A DNA stretch of 64,000 nucleotides from Hyphomicrobiales bacterium (GTDB taxonomy: Bacteria > Pseudomonadota > Alphaproteobacteria > JAPOUT01): contig JAPOUT010000109.1 in NCBI GenBank assembly GCA_026708545.1, forward strand, positions 1,921 through 65,920, given 5' to 3'. This document shows positions 19,398-30,330 of this stretch, in pieces (position 1 is the stretch's first letter; every line of letters starts with the position of its first letter). A program made the translations under genes and the position numbers. The notes below the pieces were generated by a model. That model made no database searches, was not told where the DNA came from, and saw only the letters and a list, made by a program, of their open reading frames with translations.

Positions 19398-20867
19398 ATG
19401 TTCAATGATTTAGGCGAACGGCTTGGCGGCATACTCGAGCGGCTCCGCGGGCGCGGCGTGCTTACGGGCGACGATGTTGCAACGGCGGTGCGGTCGCTGG
19501 GCGATGCGCTCCTGGAGGCGGACGTCGCCGCTTCGCTGGTGGACGAGATTCTCGAGAAGGTGTCGTCCCGGGCGGTTGGCAAGGATTTGCTCGAATCGGT
19601 AACGCCGGGGCAACAGGTTGCGAAGATCGTCCATGATGTTCTGGTCGAGGCGCTGGGCGGCGGTCCCGATTCGTCAAGCCGTCTGCGTTTGGACGGGAAG
19701 CCCCCCGCGGTGATTCTGATGGTTGGCCTGCAGGGCGTGGGCAAGACGACCACAAGCGCAAAATTGGCAAAATTTTTGAAAAGTGACGCCCGCAGGGTTT
19801 TGCTGGCATCACTGGACGTGTCGCGCCCGGCGGCCCGGGAGCAGTTGCGCGTGCTGGGAGAATCGGCGGACGTCAAGGTTGTTCCCGAGATGGAAGGCGA
19901 GATGCCTGTGGACATAGCGCGTCGCGCCGTTCAGATAGGAGAGTTGGGCGGTCACGATGTTGTGGTGCTGGATACGGCCGGACGCGGCCAGATAGACGAG
20001 GCGTTAATGCATGAGATGTCCTCGATACACGGGGCGGTGTCGCCTTCGGAGACATTGTTGGTCGTGGATTCCCTGAGCGGACAGAACGCCGCCTCGATGG
20101 CACGGGAGTTTTCGAAGCGTGTTCCTTTGAGCGGGTTGATATTGACGCGCGTGGATGGTGATTCTCGCGGAGGCGCGGCGTTGTCGGCGCGCCATGTGAG
20201 CGGAGTGCCCATAAAATTCATGGGCGTTGGCGAGGGACTGGATGCGTTGGAACCGTTTCAGGCGGAGCGGATTGCCTCGCGGATATTGGGAATGGGCGAT
20301 GTTGCAGGGCTGGTCGAAAAGGCGCAAAGCGTCGCGCAGGAACGCGGCGACGCGGAGGCAAGGCGCAAGAAGCCCCCGGGCACTTTCGATATGGAAGATC
20401 TCGCCGAGCAGTTGCGCGCCATGGGCAAGATGGGAGGCTTGGGGGGCATTTTGGGGATGCTTCCCGGGGCGGGAGGAATGGGAAAACTGAAAAAACGCAT
20501 GGGCGGCACGGGGTTGGACGATGGAAGTTTGGAGCGTTTGGTGGCGATAATCTCGTCCATGACGCGGGGAGAGCGGTCCAATCCGAAGATATTCAATGCG
20601 TCCCGAAAGCGTCGCGTCGCGCAGGGTTCCGGCTCGTCAATCCAGGAAGTGAATCGTTTGTTGAAATTTCATAGACAAATCGCCGATGTTATGCGAAAGT
20701 CGGGCAAGCACGGATTTCCCTCCCTCGAAGGCGCGCCCGGCGCGGCGGGGATGGGGGGAATGCCGGGGATGCCTTTTGGCGCGGGGGGCATGGGAATGCC
20801 TGCGGGGCGTCCGGGGGGGTCGCGCGGTGTCACGAAGCGTCGTGGCTCCAAGCGGAAGAAGAAATGA
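19398..20867 (+). CDS. ffh: signal recognition particle protein Ffh
   Basis: N-domain, SRP54 GTPase (GLQGVGKTTT, DTAGR), Met/Gly-rich M-domain tail. Confidence 0.95.
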   Translation: MFNDLGERLGGILERLRGRGVLTGDDVATAVRSLGDALLEADVAASLVDEILEKVSSRAVGKDLLESVTPGQQVAKIVHDVLVEALGGGPDSSSRLRLDGKPPAVILMVGLQGVGKTTTSAKLAKFLKSDARRVLLASLDVSRPAAREQLRVLGESADVKVVPEMEGEMPVDIARRAVQIGELGGHDVVVLDTAGRGQIDEALMHEMSSIHGAVSPSETLLVVDSLSGQNAASMAREFSKRVPLSGLILTRVDGDSRGGAALSARHVSGVPIKFMGVGEGLDALEPFQAERIASRILGMGDVAGLVEKAQSVAQERGDAEARRKKPPGTFDMEDLAEQLRAMGKMGGLGGILGMLPGAGGMGKLKKRMGGTGLDDGSLERLVAIISSMTRGERSNPKIFNASRKRRVAQGSGSSIQEVNRLLKFHRQIADVMRKSGKHGFPSLEGAPGAAGMGGMPGMPFGAGGMGMPAGRPGGSRGVTKRRGSKRKKK

Positions 20868-20891
20868 AACAACAGAAAGTAGTGATTGATT

Positions 20892-21383
20892 ATGGCACTG
20901 AAGATTAGACTTGCGCGCGGCGGAACGAAGAAACGTCCGCATTATCGAATTGTGGTGGCGGACATCCGCGCGCCCAGGGACGGACGCTTTCTTGAGAAGG
21001 TTGGAGCGTACGACCCCTTGATATCGAAGGACGACCCCCAGCGCGTCGTTTTGCAGGAGGACAGGGTCCGGTACTGGTACGAGCGTGGCGCGCGTCCGAC
21101 GGACAGGGTCGCCCGGTTCTTGGACGCCGCGGGAATAGCGGTTCGCAAGCCCCGGAACAATCCGCAAAAAGCAAAGCCCCGGGCAAAGACCTTGGAGCGC
21201 ATTGCCGCCAAGGAGGCGGCCGCCGCGGCCGCGGCGGAAGCTCCCGCGGAAGAGGCGGCTCCTGCAGAAAAGGCTCCCGCGGAGGAAGCATCTCCTGTCG
21301 AGGAAGCAACTCCGGCAGAGGAGACTTCCGCCGGCGAATCGCCCGCGGAGGAGTCATCCTCGAAAGAGGCTCCGGAGGGATAG
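20892..21383 (+). CDS. rpsP: 30S ribosomal protein S16 with Ala/Glu/Pro-rich C-terminal extension
   Basis: [24 protein letters not shown]... canonical S16 N-terminus; operon position after ffh. Confidence 0.9.
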   Translation: MALKIRLARGGTKKRPHYRIVVADIRAPRDGRFLEKVGAYDPLISKDDPQRVVLQEDRVRYWYERGARPTDRVARFLDAAGIAVRKPRNNPQKAKPRAKTLERIAAKEAAAAAAAEAPAEEAAPAEKAPAEEASPVEEATPAEETSAGESPAEESSSKEAPEG

Positions 21384-21407
21384 ACGGGCGTTTCGAAGAA
21401 TATCTGT

Positions 21408-21911
21408 TTGGGGGTGGTTATTTCCGCGTTCGGGGTGCGCGGAGAGGTTCGAATACGGCCGTTCACGTCACAACCGGAAAACATCGCGCGCTATGGCGAA
21501 ATCTTTGACGAGTCCGGCGAGCGCCGTTTTTCGGTTGAGGGATTCCGCGTAAAAGACGGAACCGTGCTTGCGAGACTTTCCGGTATCGGAACCCGGAATG
21601 CCGCCGAAGCGTTGGCAGGAATGCATTTATACGTGTCGCGGCAATCCTTGCCGCAGACGGAAGAGGACGAGTGGTATTATGCCGAACTGATAGGCTTGGA
21701 GGCCTATGGCGACGACGGCGCGCTGTGGGGTCGTGTCAAGGCGGTGTGGGATTTTGGTGCGGGGGATGTTTTGGAACTGGAGCACATGGAAGATAAAAAG
21801 CAGAGCCTGCTGATTCCGTTCACGCGCGAGAATGTTGCCGGGGTTTCGGTGCCGGATGCGCGAATAACTTTGACGGAAATGGCACGGCGTTTTGAGTGGC
21901 AGCGTTCATGA
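21408..21911 (+). CDS. rimM: ribosome maturation factor RimM
   Basis: TTG start; 'GVRGEVRIRPFTSQPE' RimM N-terminal motif and PRC barrel region; conserved position. Confidence 0.8.
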   Translation: MGVVISAFGVRGEVRIRPFTSQPENIARYGEIFDESGERRFSVEGFRVKDGTVLARLSGIGTRNAAEALAGMHLYVSRQSLPQTEEDEWYYAELIGLEAYGDDGALWGRVKAVWDFGAGDVLELEHMEDKKQSLLIPFTRENVAGVSVPDARITLTEMARRFEWQRS

Positions 21912-22618
21912 ACACGCAAACGCACGGCACATGGGACGCCTGGGTGCTGACGCTGTTGCCGGAAGTCTTCCCGGGCGTGTTGGGAGCGAGCGTTGTGGGA
22001 AAGGCTCTGGAGCGCGGCTGTTGGAGATTGCATGTCGAGGACATTCGCGCGTTTGCGACAGACGCCCGCCGCAGCGTTGACGACACGCCTGCGGGCGGCG
22101 GAGCGGGGATGGTCATGCGTGCCGATGTTGTCGGCGCGGCGGTGGATTCGGTCGCGGAGCGCATGCCCGGGAACTGCGTGTTTTTATGCATGAGCGCAAG
22201 GGGGGAGCGGCTGACCCAGGAACGGGTGAAGCGTTTGTCGGAGGCGGACGGCGTGGGAATATTATGCGGGCGCTTCGAGGGCATCGACCAGCGCGTGCTG
22301 GATGCGCGCGGGATCGAGGAAGTGAGCGTCGGGGATTTCGTGCTGGCCGGGGGCGAGATTTCGGCGATGGCGCTGATAGAGGCTTGCGTTCGGCTGCTTC
22401 CTGGGGTAATGGGAAACGGAGCGTCGGTCGGCGAAGAAAGTTTCGAGGCGGGGCTGTTGGAGTATCCGCAGTATACGCGTCCGCGCATTTGGGAGGGACT
22501 CGAGATTCCGGATGTGTTATTATCCGGGAACCACGAACGGGTGCGCCGCTGGCGCGCGGAGGAGGCCGAGGCGGCAACGCGCAAGCGTCGGCCGGATTTA
22601 TGGCAGAAGAAGGAATGA
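21908..22618 (+). CDS. trmD: tRNA (guanine37-N1)-methyltransferase TrmD
   Basis: ATGA overlap with rimM; SPOUT motifs ([21 protein letters not shown]). Confidence 0.9.
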   Translation: MNTQTHGTWDAWVLTLLPEVFPGVLGASVVGKALERGCWRLHVEDIRAFATDARRSVDDTPAGGGAGMVMRADVVGAAVDSVAERMPGNCVFLCMSARGERLTQERVKRLSEADGVGILCGRFEGIDQRVLDARGIEEVSVGDFVLAGGEISAMALIEACVRLLPGVMGNGASVGEESFEAGLLEYPQYTRPRIWEGLEIPDVLLSGNHERVRRWRAEEAEAATRKRRPDLWQKKE

Positions 22619-22628
22619 GGTAATTGAG

Positions 22629-23132
22629 ATGAATCTGATAGCGCAGTTGGAACAGGAACGCATTAAGGAGTTAACGCCTGAAAAAGGCGTCACGGATTTT
22701 TCCGTAGGCGACCAGTTGCGCGTCCATGTCAAAATAGTTGAGGGGAGCCGTGAACGCGTTCAGGCTTACGAAGGCGTTTGCATTGCGCGTTCGGGATCGG
22801 GACTGCATGAGAGTTTCACGGTTCGAAAGATTTCTTACGGCGAAGGTGTCGAGCGTGTGTTTGCGCTGTATTCGCCGGTGATAGCCGCAATAGAGGTTTT
22901 GCGCAAGGGCAAGGTCCGTCGTGCAAAACTGTATTATCTGCGCGAGCGTCGTGGCAAGGCCGCGCGCATTGCGGAGAAACGGACGTCCCGCCCGTCCAAG
23001 GCGGATGCGCAGGCGGTGCAATTGGAGGCGGATGCTCCCAAAGAGGAACCCGTCGAGGAAATTGTCGAAGAACTGAACGAAGTGAGCGAGGCAAAGGATT
23101 CAAACGAAGCGAAGGAGTCTTCGGGTAGTTGA
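22629..23132 (+). CDS. rplS: 50S ribosomal protein L19 with acidic C-terminal tail
   Basis: Start trimmed to [10 protein letters not shown]; L19 core ([26 protein letters not shown]). Confidence 0.9.
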   Translation: MNLIAQLEQERIKELTPEKGVTDFSVGDQLRVHVKIVEGSRERVQAYEGVCIARSGSGLHESFTVRKISYGEGVERVFALYSPVIAAIEVLRKGKVRRAKLYYLRERRGKAARIAEKRTSRPSKADAQAVQLEADAPKEEPVEEIVEELNEVSEAKDSNEAKESSGS

Positions 23133-24136
23133 GTTCTTCGCGTGCATTCATCTGCGGTTGCGAAGGTGATGCGCTAACGGATTCGGAGCGGCAGTTTTTC
23201 CGCGAAAGTTCGCCGTGGGGGTTTATTCTTTTTCAGCGAAATATTTCCACGCCCGGCCAGACGATTCGCCTGGTGGAATCCATGCGTGAGGCGGTTGGTC
23301 ATGACGCGCCCGTTTTGATCGACCAGGAGGGCGGAAGGGTCGCGCGCTTGCGCCCGCCCCATTGGGACGAATATCCGCCGGCAAAGCGCTTCGGTGATTT
23401 GGCGAAACACGACTTCAACAAAGGCGCAAAGGCACTGGACTTGTGCCTGCGTTTGATGTCGCGCGATGTCGCCGCTTTGGGCGTGGATGTGATGTGTCTT
23501 CCGGTGTTGGATGTTTCTGTCGCGGATGCCCATGATGTCATCGGCGACCGCGCCTATGGCGATGACGCCGGATTGGTTGCGGGACTCGGGCGTGTTGCAA
23601 CGGAAACGTTGCTGGATGCCGGCGTGCTGCCGGTTGCCAAGCATGTCCCGGGGCATGGGCGCGCCCGCGCCGACAGCCACGTATCCTTGCCTGTGGTGGA
23701 TTCAAGCGTGTCGGATTTGGCGCGGCATGACTTCGCTCCGTTCAAGGCGTTATCGCATGTCCCGATGATGATGACGGCGCATATTTTATACACGGCGCTG
23801 GATCCGGACGCGCCTGCGACCTTCTCCGCGCATGTGATTGGCGAGACGATTCGCACAAGTATCGGCTTTGACGGTCTCCTGATAAGCGATGATCTCTCCA
23901 TGAATGCCCTCAGCGGCACGATGGATGAGCGCGCCCGCCGTGCACTCAAAGCGGGCTGCGATATTGCGCTCCATTGCAATGGAAAGATGCCGGAGATGGA
24001 GGCATTGGCGGGGGCGGCGCCGTTGCTTGCGGACGGCCCGGCCCGCCGTTCGGAAAAAGCACTCTCGCTCCGGCAGGGGAGAGCGGCGGAGATTCCCCCG
24101 GATGCAAGGGCCCGGTTAAACGATATGCTTGCTTGA
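23129..24136 (+). CDS. nagZ: beta-N-acetylhexosaminidase (NagZ, GH3)
   Basis: TTG start overlapping rplS stop; GH3 N-terminal domain motifs ([16 protein letters not shown]). Confidence 0.8.
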   Translation: MSSSRAFICGCEGDALTDSERQFFRESSPWGFILFQRNISTPGQTIRLVESMREAVGHDAPVLIDQEGGRVARLRPPHWDEYPPAKRFGDLAKHDFNKGAKALDLCLRLMSRDVAALGVDVMCLPVLDVSVADAHDVIGDRAYGDDAGLVAGLGRVATETLLDAGVLPVAKHVPGHGRARADSHVSLPVVDSSVSDLARHDFAPFKALSHVPMMMTAHILYTALDPDAPATFSAHVIGETIRTSIGFDGLLISDDLSMNALSGTMDERARRALKAGCDIALHCNGKMPEMEALAGAAPLLADGPARRSEKALSLRQGRAAEIPPDARARLNDMLA

Positions 24137-24162
24137 TATTCCTACTCTATTATCATTACAAC

Positions 24163-24972
24163 ATGGAGATTAACGAAGAACCAGAGCAGTTTGAAACCGT
24201 CGCGGTTGGCGAGGGCTTGGTCATAGACATTGACGGCTACGCCGGCCCCCTTGATGTCCTTTTGCAGTTGGCACATGCGCAGAAGGTTGATTTAGCGAAC
24301 ATCTCGGTATTGGCGCTGTGCGAGCAATATCTCTCGTTCGTGGAAGAGTCCGAAGCGCTGGAGATAGAACTGGCGGCCGATTATTTGGTGATGGCCGCGT
24401 GGCTTGTATATTTGAAATCCCGGCTGTTGCTGGCGAGTGCGCAGCCCGAGGAGGAGGGAGAATCACCCGAGGAGATGGCACTGGCATTGAAGTTCCGGTT
24501 GCGCCGGTTGGAGGCGATGCGGGAAAGTGCCGAAAAGTTGATGGCAAGGCCGTTGCTGGGGAGGGACGTGTTTGCGCGGGGCAGTCCCGAGGCGGTGGTA
24601 ACGGACGAGGCGGCGGAATATATCGTTTCGTTGTATGATTTCCTTCGTTCATATGGAGAATATCGTGCGCGTCGGGATGCTCGTCCGTGGTCCCGCGCGC
24701 CCTTGGAAGTGGTTACGCTGGAGGAGGCGAGAGAGATGTTGCAGATGGCTTTGGCAAAAGCTCGGGAAGGAGCACGCGAATGGGTGGAATTCCGCTTGTT
24801 ACTGGGAATATGCCCGTTCGGAGCGAGAGTGCCCGGGCGTTCGCGGGTGGCGAGCACGTTTGGCGCGGCCCTGATACTGGCGCGGGAGGGAGAATTGGAA
24901 TTTCAACAACGCCGCAGTTTCGGCGAGATACATCTGCGCCGCCGCGAATCACCCGGAACGGTGCCGCAATGA
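24163..24972 (+). CDS. scpA: segregation and condensation protein A
   Basis: Start trimmed to MEINEEPEQ; ScpA kleisin N-terminal motif (IDIDGYAGPLDVLLQLAHAQKVDLANISVLAL). Confidence 0.85.
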   Translation: MEINEEPEQFETVAVGEGLVIDIDGYAGPLDVLLQLAHAQKVDLANISVLALCEQYLSFVEESEALEIELAADYLVMAAWLVYLKSRLLLASAQPEEEGESPEEMALALKFRLRRLEAMRESAEKLMARPLLGRDVFARGSPEAVVTDEAAEYIVSLYDFLRSYGEYRARRDARPWSRAPLEVVTLEEAREMLQMALAKAREGAREWVEFRLLLGICPFGARVPGRSRVASTFGAALILAREGELEFQQRRSFGEIHLRRRESPGTVPQ

Positions 24973-25646
24973 GTGACACGCACGGACGTCGGATAGTTGA
25001 GGCGTTGTTGTTTGCAAGCGAAACGCCAATAGGGGCGGAGGCTCTGGCCGAGCGTTTGCCGGAGGATGCCGATGTTAAGGCAATTCTGTCGGGCTTGAAG
25101 GAAGAGTATGCCGAACGCGGCGTCGTGCTGGTGGAGGTCGGGGGAAAATGGATGTTTCGCACGGCGGAGGACCTGGGTTTTTTGCTGCGCAAGGAGGTTG
25201 TCGTACGGAGAAAATTATCACGCGCGGCACTCGAGACGCTTGCAATCATCGCTTATCACCAGCCGGTTTCCCGTGCCGAGATAGAAGAGGTTCGCGGCGT
25301 GGCGGTTTCGAAAGGCACGATTGATGTGTTGTTGGAAACAGGCTGGGTGAAGTTGGGGCGTCGTCGCCGGATTCCCGGACGTCCCCTCACTTACATCACG
25401 AGCGAGGCGTTTTTAACGCATTTCGGTTTTGCCGATTTGGGCGACCTCCCGGGCGCGGAGGAGTTGAAAGCGGCAGGATTGCTGGATTCGATTGTGCCTC
25501 TTGATTTTGAGAAAGAACTTGAAGAAGGTGAAATAATCCCTTCTGAAACAATGGAAAATTCTGAATCGTCCTTCGACGAAAATGAACCAGAACCCTACGA
25601 GGAGGAATTGCAGGCCATCGGGGAAAAACCGGACGCGCAAGGATGA
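24969..25646 (+). CDS. scpB: segregation and condensation protein B
   Basis: ATGA overlap with scpA; ScpB wHTH motifs (IVEALLFASETPI; LAIIAYHQPVSRAEIEEVRGV). Confidence 0.85.
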   Translation: MSDTHGRRIVEALLFASETPIGAEALAERLPEDADVKAILSGLKEEYAERGVVLVEVGGKWMFRTAEDLGFLLRKEVVVRRKLSRAALETLAIIAYHQPVSRAEIEEVRGVAVSKGTIDVLLETGWVKLGRRRRIPGRPLTYITSEAFLTHFGFADLGDLPGAEELKAAGLLDSIVPLDFEKELEEGEIIPSETMENSESSFDENEPEPYEEELQAIGEKPDAQG

Positions 25647-26704
25647 CGCGCGGGAGGGACGACTCTCCGATAGTCGTATTGGAACATGTCTCGCGTCGAT
25701 ATGATGACTTGGCGGCGGTTTGGGATGTGGGTTTGTCGGTATCCGCCGGAGAGGTTTTGTGCCTGTTGGGGCCTTCGGGTTGCGGCAAGACGACGACATT
25801 GCGGATGGTTGCGGGCGTTGAGCGTCCCGACAGCGGCCGGATATTCATCGAGGGCGTGGAGGTGGACAGCGAGGATTGCTTCGTTCCGCCGGAGCGGCGC
25901 AACATCGGGCTGATGTTTCAGGACCATGCGTTGTTTCCCCACATGAGCGTCGTGGAAAATGTCGCCTTCGGACTGCGGGGCATGAATGCATCGGAGCGTC
26001 GCGAGAAGGCGTTGCGCGGATTGGAGCGTGTGGACATGCGCGCGGCCGCGGATTTCTACCCGGACAGGCTCTCGGGCGGCGAGCAGCAGCGCGTGGCGCT
26101 GGCAAGGGCATTGGCGCCGGGACCGGGCGTGATGCTGATGGACGAGCCTTTTTCAGGACTGGATAAACGCCTGCGCGACAGCATCCGCGACGACACTTTG
26201 ACGTTGCTGAAGTCAATAGGCGCATGCTCGTTGCTGGTCACGCACGATCCCGAAGAGGCGATGCGCATGGGCGACAAAATCGCCTTGATGCGCCGGGGGC
26301 GCCTGCTGCAGCTGGGTTCGCCGGAGGATATGTATTACCGCCCCGTCGATGCCGAGGTCGCCTTTTTCTTCAGTGATTTCAATGAAATTCGAGGGGTCGT
26401 TAAGCAGGGTTTAATCGCCACCCCCTTCGGCTCGATAGGCCCGCGCGAGCGCTTTAACGAATCGCAAGAAGTTTGCGTGCTGGTTCGCCAGGAAGCGTTC
26501 GGCTTGGCGGGCGGCGAGGGCCGTATCTGCGTTCGTGCGCGTGTGTGGCGCGCCCGCCTGCTGGGGAGCGACTCGCTTATCGAGTTCCGTCTCGGCGAGG
26601 GTGAGGAGCTTTTTCGCGCCCGCCTGCCGGGAATCACGCTTCCGGCGCAGGGAGATTGGCTGGATTTATACTTTGATCCGGCAAAGGTCCTGGTCTTCGC
26701 ATGA
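25643..26704 (+). CDS. ABC transporter ATP-binding protein (FbpC/PotA-like importer ATPase)
   Basis: Walker A GPSGCGKTT, LSGGEQQRVALARAL, C-terminal TOBE-like domain; no cognate permease/SBP adjacent. Confidence 0.75.
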   Translation: MTRGRDDSPIVVLEHVSRRYDDLAAVWDVGLSVSAGEVLCLLGPSGCGKTTTLRMVAGVERPDSGRIFIEGVEVDSEDCFVPPERRNIGLMFQDHALFPHMSVVENVAFGLRGMNASERREKALRGLERVDMRAAADFYPDRLSGGEQQRVALARALAPGPGVMLMDEPFSGLDKRLRDSIRDDTLTLLKSIGACSLLVTHDPEEAMRMGDKIALMRRGRLLQLGSPEDMYYRPVDAEVAFFFSDFNEIRGVVKQGLIATPFGSIGPRERFNESQEVCVLVRQEAFGLAGGEGRICVRARVWRARLLGSDSLIEFRLGEGEELFRARLPGITLPAQGDWLDLYFDPAKVLVFA

Positions 26705-26781
26705 ACAATGCATCTTTACCTTCTTGCTGAAAAGGGTTAAACTGCTCCCATGTTCAAAAACACACAGTCGAGGTTGTTCTG

Positions 26782-27060
26782 ATGGGACCTGGTTGGCTTC
26801 AGATATTATTGGTGGTTGCGCTGGTGCTGGTGCTGTTCGGCGGCAGGGGCAAGATTTCTAGCTTGATGGGAGACGTTGCCAAAGGCATCAAGAGTTTCCG
26901 CTCGGGACTCTCGGAGGCGGAGAAGATGGAGTCGGACGATGCCTCGAAGGATTCGAACGTATCGCCGAAGGTGATCGAGCACGAGGCGGGTACGCACGAA
27001 AATGTCACCGCCGATTCCACCGGGACGGAGAAGAGTGACGCCTCCCACCGAGGCTCGTGA
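26782..27060 (+). CDS. tatA: twin-arginine translocase subunit TatA
   Basis: Single TM ([16 protein letters not shown]) then amphipathic helix; upstream of tatB/tatC. Confidence 0.85.
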   Translation: MGPGWLQILLVVALVLVLFGGRGKISSLMGDVAKGIKSFRSGLSEAEKMESDDASKDSNVSPKVIEHEAGTHENVTADSTGTEKSDASHRGS

Positions 27061-27106
27061 TTTTTGCGCCGTGCGGGCGCACTCGGACAATAGAGGTTGA
27101 TGCACG

Positions 27107-27469
27107 ATGCTCGACATAGGCTGGAGCGAGTTGCTTGTTATTGCGATAGTCGCGGTTGTCGTGGTCGGCCCGAAGGACTTGCCGCGGCTGATGCGCACTG
27201 TCGGACGTTATACGAGCAAGGCGCGGGGATTGGCCCGAGAGTTTCGTGCAAGTTTTGAGGAACTCGGACGTGAAACCGAACTGGAGGAGATAAACCGCGA
27301 GATGGAACGCATCCGCCGCGAGGATCCGATACGACAACGCACCAACGCGATAGCCCCGCCGTTGCCTAAACCGGCAAAGAAGGGGGAAACGGCTCCCGCT
27401 GAAACGAAAGAGTCGCCGCCCGCTTCGAAAGAGGAAACGCGCCCGCCCTCAAAAGAAGCCACCGAGTAA
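27107..27469 (+). CDS. tatB: twin-arginine translocase subunit TatB
   Basis: TatA/B-family N-terminus (LDIGWSELLVIAIVAVVVVGPKDLP) with longer charged C-terminus. Confidence 0.8.
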   Translation: MLDIGWSELLVIAIVAVVVVGPKDLPRLMRTVGRYTSKARGLAREFRASFEELGRETELEEINREMERIRREDPIRQRTNAIAPPLPKPAKKGETAPAETKESPPASKEETRPPSKEATE

Positions 27470-27475
27470 AGCGTC

Positions 27476-28270
27476 ATGGAGGAAGATGCGCTTGAGGAGG
27501 ATGAAGTTGAATCGAGCAAGGCAAGCCTGCTCGAGCATCTCGTGGAACTGCGGCAGCGGCTGATATATTCGTTGATAGCTTTGCTGGTTTGCTTTGCGGG
27601 ATGTTTCTATTTTGCCGCCGAGATTTACGATTTGCTGTTATATCCCTATGTTCGCGCGTCCGGCAACGCCCCGGACCTGCGCCTGATTTACACGGCACCG
27701 CAGGAGTTTTTCTTTACGCAATTGAAAGTTGCCCTGTTCGGCGGCTTGTTTATCGGTTTTCCCGTCATAGCGGCGCAATTGTACATGTTTGTTGCGCCGG
27801 GATTGTATCGCAATGAACGTCGGGCTTTTCTGCCGTTCTTGGTAGCGACGCCTGTGCTGTTCTTGCTGGGAGCGTTTCTGGTTTATTATATCGTAATGCC
27901 GTTGGCGTTGCGGTTTTTTATCGGAATGGAACAACAGGGCGGCGGCGGCGAAGTTGCGATAGAATTGTTGCCCCGCGTGAGCGAGTACCTCGGTTTGGTG
28001 ATGACATTGATATTTGCATTCGGGATATGTTTTCAATTGCCGGTATTGTTGTGTTTGCTGGCACGCGTTGGACTGCTCGGAGCGGACAGTTTGCGTTCGA
28101 AACGCAAATACGCCATTGTCGGGGTGTTCGCGGTCGCGGCATTGCTGACGCCGCCGGATTTCATTTCGCAATTGGGATTGGGCCTGCCGACCTTGCTGCT
28201 GTATGAATTGTCAATAGTGTGTGTCGCAATGATTGAGCGGCGCCACTTTCCCCAGGAGGATGAGGTTTAA
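27476..28270 (+). CDS. tatC: twin-arginine translocase subunit TatC
   Basis: 6-TM TatC; N-terminal LEHLVELRQRLI motif. Confidence 0.9.
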   Translation: MEEDALEEDEVESSKASLLEHLVELRQRLIYSLIALLVCFAGCFYFAAEIYDLLLYPYVRASGNAPDLRLIYTAPQEFFFTQLKVALFGGLFIGFPVIAAQLYMFVAPGLYRNERRAFLPFLVATPVLFLLGAFLVYYIVMPLALRFFIGMEQQGGGGEVAIELLPRVSEYLGLVMTLIFAFGICFQLPVLLCLLARVGLLGADSLRSKRKYAIVGVFAVAALLTPPDFISQLGLGLPTLLLYELSIVCVAMIERRHFPQEDEV

Positions 28271-28273
28271 CCC

Positions 28274-29560
28274 GTGCTGGACATTAAATGGATACGCGAG
28301 AACAAAGACGCTTTTGAAAAAGCGTTGGCGCGTCGTGGTTTTGATGCGGACGCGCAGAATCTACTCGAACTTGACAGAAAACGTCGTATTAACATTGAAG
28401 CGGCGGACGGGTTCAGGCATCGGCGCAAACAACTTTCCGCGCAGGTGGCGCAAGCCAAAGAACGCCAGGATTCAAAGGAAGCGGAAAAACTCAGCGAAAG
28501 TGTAAAAAGCCTTAAGGCGCAAATACAAAAGCACGAGGAAGAGGATCGTTTCTTTTTGGAGAGGATGGAAGAGATTCTCCTGTCGATACCCAACTGTCCC
28601 CTGGATGATGTTCCCGACGGAAAAGACGAAAGCGGCAATATCGAACAACATTATGTTGGAGACAAGCCCGTGTTCGACTTCAAACCGGTCGACCACACCG
28701 ACATTGGTGAAGGTTTGGGAATGATGGATTTTTCCACCGCGACAAAACTTTCGGGTGCACGCTTTGTGGTATTGCGCGGTGCGCTGGCACGATTGGAGCG
28801 CGCTCTCGCGTCCTTCATGCTGGACATCCACACGCAGGAATTCGGCTACCAGGAAGTCGTTCCGCCGTTTTTGGTGCGGGAGGATTCCATGTACGGCACG
28901 GCGCAACTGCCAAAGTTTGCGGACGACCAATTTTCCACACAATCGGGTTTGTGGCTGATTCCCACTGCCGAGGTTCCCCTAACCAACCTCGCACGCGAAC
29001 ACATCTTCGACGAGAAAGAATTGCCTCTGCGCTTCACTGCGGCAACGCCTTGCTTTCGAAAAGAGGCAGGCGCGGCGGGACGGGATACCCGTGGCATGAT
29101 ACGACAGCACCAATTCTCGAAAGTCGAATTGGTAAGCATCGTGCGTCCGGTAGATTCGCCGAATGAGTTGAAGCGCATGCTTGGCTGCGCCGAGGAAGTT
29201 CTCAAACGCCTCGAGCTTCACTATCGGGTCGTATTGCTGTGTACGGGGGATATGGGCTTTGCGGCCTCGAAAACCTATGACATTGAAGTTTGGCTTCCGG
29301 GCGAGGACAAATACCGCGAGATTTCGAGTTGCTCTTCGTGCGGAGATTTTCAAGCGCGCCGGATGAAGGCACGTTATCGTCGCAACTATGACAGAAGAAT
29401 TGAAACTGTGCACACGCTGAACGGTTCGGGTGTTGCGCTGGGGCGTGCGCTGTTGGCGCTGCTGGAGCAGAAACAATGCGCCGACGGCAGCGTGCTTATT
29501 CCGGAGGCTCTGCGCCCCTATATGGGCGGCATGGAGCGAATTGAAAGGAGAGACCTTTGA
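28274..29560 (+). CDS. serS: serine--tRNA ligase
   Basis: GTG start; N-terminal coiled coil then class II aaRS motifs. Confidence 0.95.
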   Translation: MLDIKWIRENKDAFEKALARRGFDADAQNLLELDRKRRINIEAADGFRHRRKQLSAQVAQAKERQDSKEAEKLSESVKSLKAQIQKHEEEDRFFLERMEEILLSIPNCPLDDVPDGKDESGNIEQHYVGDKPVFDFKPVDHTDIGEGLGMMDFSTATKLSGARFVVLRGALARLERALASFMLDIHTQEFGYQEVVPPFLVREDSMYGTAQLPKFADDQFSTQSGLWLIPTAEVPLTNLAREHIFDEKELPLRFTAATPCFRKEAGAAGRDTRGMIRQHQFSKVELVSIVRPVDSPNELKRMLGCAEEVLKRLELHYRVVLLCTGDMGFAASKTYDIEVWLPGEDKYREISSCSSCGDFQARRMKARYRRNYDRRIETVHTLNGSGVALGRALLALLEQKQCADGSVLIPEALRPYMGGMERIERRDL

Positions 29561-30330
29561 GAATACTCTTGACAAATGATGACGGCATTCATGCACCGGG
29601 CCTGGAGGTTCTTGAAGAAATAGCCGCGCAACTGAGCTCGGATGTCTGGGTGGTCGCACCCGACGACGAGCAGAGCGGTGCGTCGCATTCGCTGACGATA
29701 TCCGAGCCTTTGCGAATGCGGCGGATTAGCGAACGTCGTTTTGCGGTGAGGGGAACGCCGACCGACTGCGTCTTGCTGGCGGTACAGCACCTTGTTGAAG
29801 GAAAGCCCCCGGACCTGCTGCTGTCCGGAGTCAATCGAGGCGGCAACATCGCCGACGACATTACGTATTCCGGGACGGTTGCAGGCGCCATGGAAGGGAC
29901 AATTTTGTCGATACCCTCGATAGCCTTGAGCCAGATTCGATCGAACAGCAACGTGGCATCAACGCGCTGGGGAACGGCGCGGGCACACGGCGCGGAGGTG
30001 ATTTCATTTTTGCTGAAACAAGGATGGCCGGGCGATGTGCTAATCAATGTGAATTTCCCGGATGTTCCTGCCGAAGATGTCGCAGGCGTAAGGCTGGCAA
30101 GGCAGGGTAAACGTGACCAGTCGCTCACGCGCATCGATAAACGCGTCGACCCCCGGGGAATTCCTTATTACTGGATAGGTTTTGACGATGCCCCCGAGAG
30201 TCCCGTTCCGGAGAGTGATCTTGCTTGCATTCAGGCCGACTGCATAACCGTCACGCCGTTGCATTTGAATCTCACCCATGATGAGACTTTTTCACATCTT
30301 TCGAAGCATCTTGGCGAGTTAAATCGATGA
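29557..30330 (+). CDS. surE: 5'/3'-nucleotidase SurE
   Basis: TTG start after AAGGAG RBS; 'ILLTNDDGIHAPGL' SurE N-terminal motif. Confidence 0.9.
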   Translation: MRILLTNDDGIHAPGLEVLEEIAAQLSSDVWVVAPDDEQSGASHSLTISEPLRMRRISERRFAVRGTPTDCVLLAVQHLVEGKPPDLLLSGVNRGGNIADDITYSGTVAGAMEGTILSIPSIALSQIRSNSNVASTRWGTARAHGAEVISFLLKQGWPGDVLINVNFPDVPAEDVAGVRLARQGKRDQSLTRIDKRVDPRGIPYYWIGFDDAPESPVPESDLACIQADCITVTPLHLNLTHDETFSHLSKHLGELNR

